A DNA stretch of 64,000 nt from Yuukianura sp. NJ FZ-2021 (taxonomy: Eukaryota), in NCBI GenBank assembly GCA_046563655.1, contig CM102288.1:1984001-2048000 (forward strand), read 5' to 3'. This document shows, in pieces, positions 63,977 to 64,000 of the stretch. How positions within the stretch are numbered: the stretch's first letter is position 1; each line of letters starts with the position of its first letter. The position numbers were made by a program, and so were the translations under genes. The notes beneath the pieces were generated by a model, which was given only the letters and a program-made list of their open reading frames with translations, did no database searches and was not told where the DNA came from.

Positions 63977-64000
63977 CTAAAATGTAATGTTAAAGACACA

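Noticed and set aside
1..64000. Prokaryotic systems (operons, CRISPR arrays, defence islands), rRNA, tRNA
   Set aside because: Genes are spliceosomal-intron-rich arthropod genes; I saw no regular repeat-spacer array or structural RNA signature.

Overview
Gene-dense, AT-rich, intron-containing eukaryotic DNA from an arthropod. The gene families suggest a basal hexapod such as a springtail, which is an inference. By joining exons at GT/GC-AG boundaries I can support 15 protein-coding genes: a chaoptin/artichoke-type LRR protein (partial), a DRAK/STK17 kinase, a strongly divergent STAT, an orphan secreted protein, Patched-related (Ptr), a secreted beta/gamma-crystallin-like protein, DUOXA/moladietz, a defensin-motif mucin, a gustatory-receptor-like protein, listerin (Ltn1), Drep2, an N-terminally extended calmodulin-like protein, HPS3, an FABP-fold protein and the last exon of a USP. 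There are also two short non-autonomous transposon-like elements, a tandem duplication and several hairpins. I found no prokaryotic features, CRISPR arrays, rRNA or tRNA. The most unusual items are the re-architected STAT, the convergent orphan precursor with a furin-released C-terminal peptide, the crystallin-like and defensin-mucin secreted proteins, and a double-ended Helitron-like element. Exon models were built by hand and need RNA-seq confirmation.
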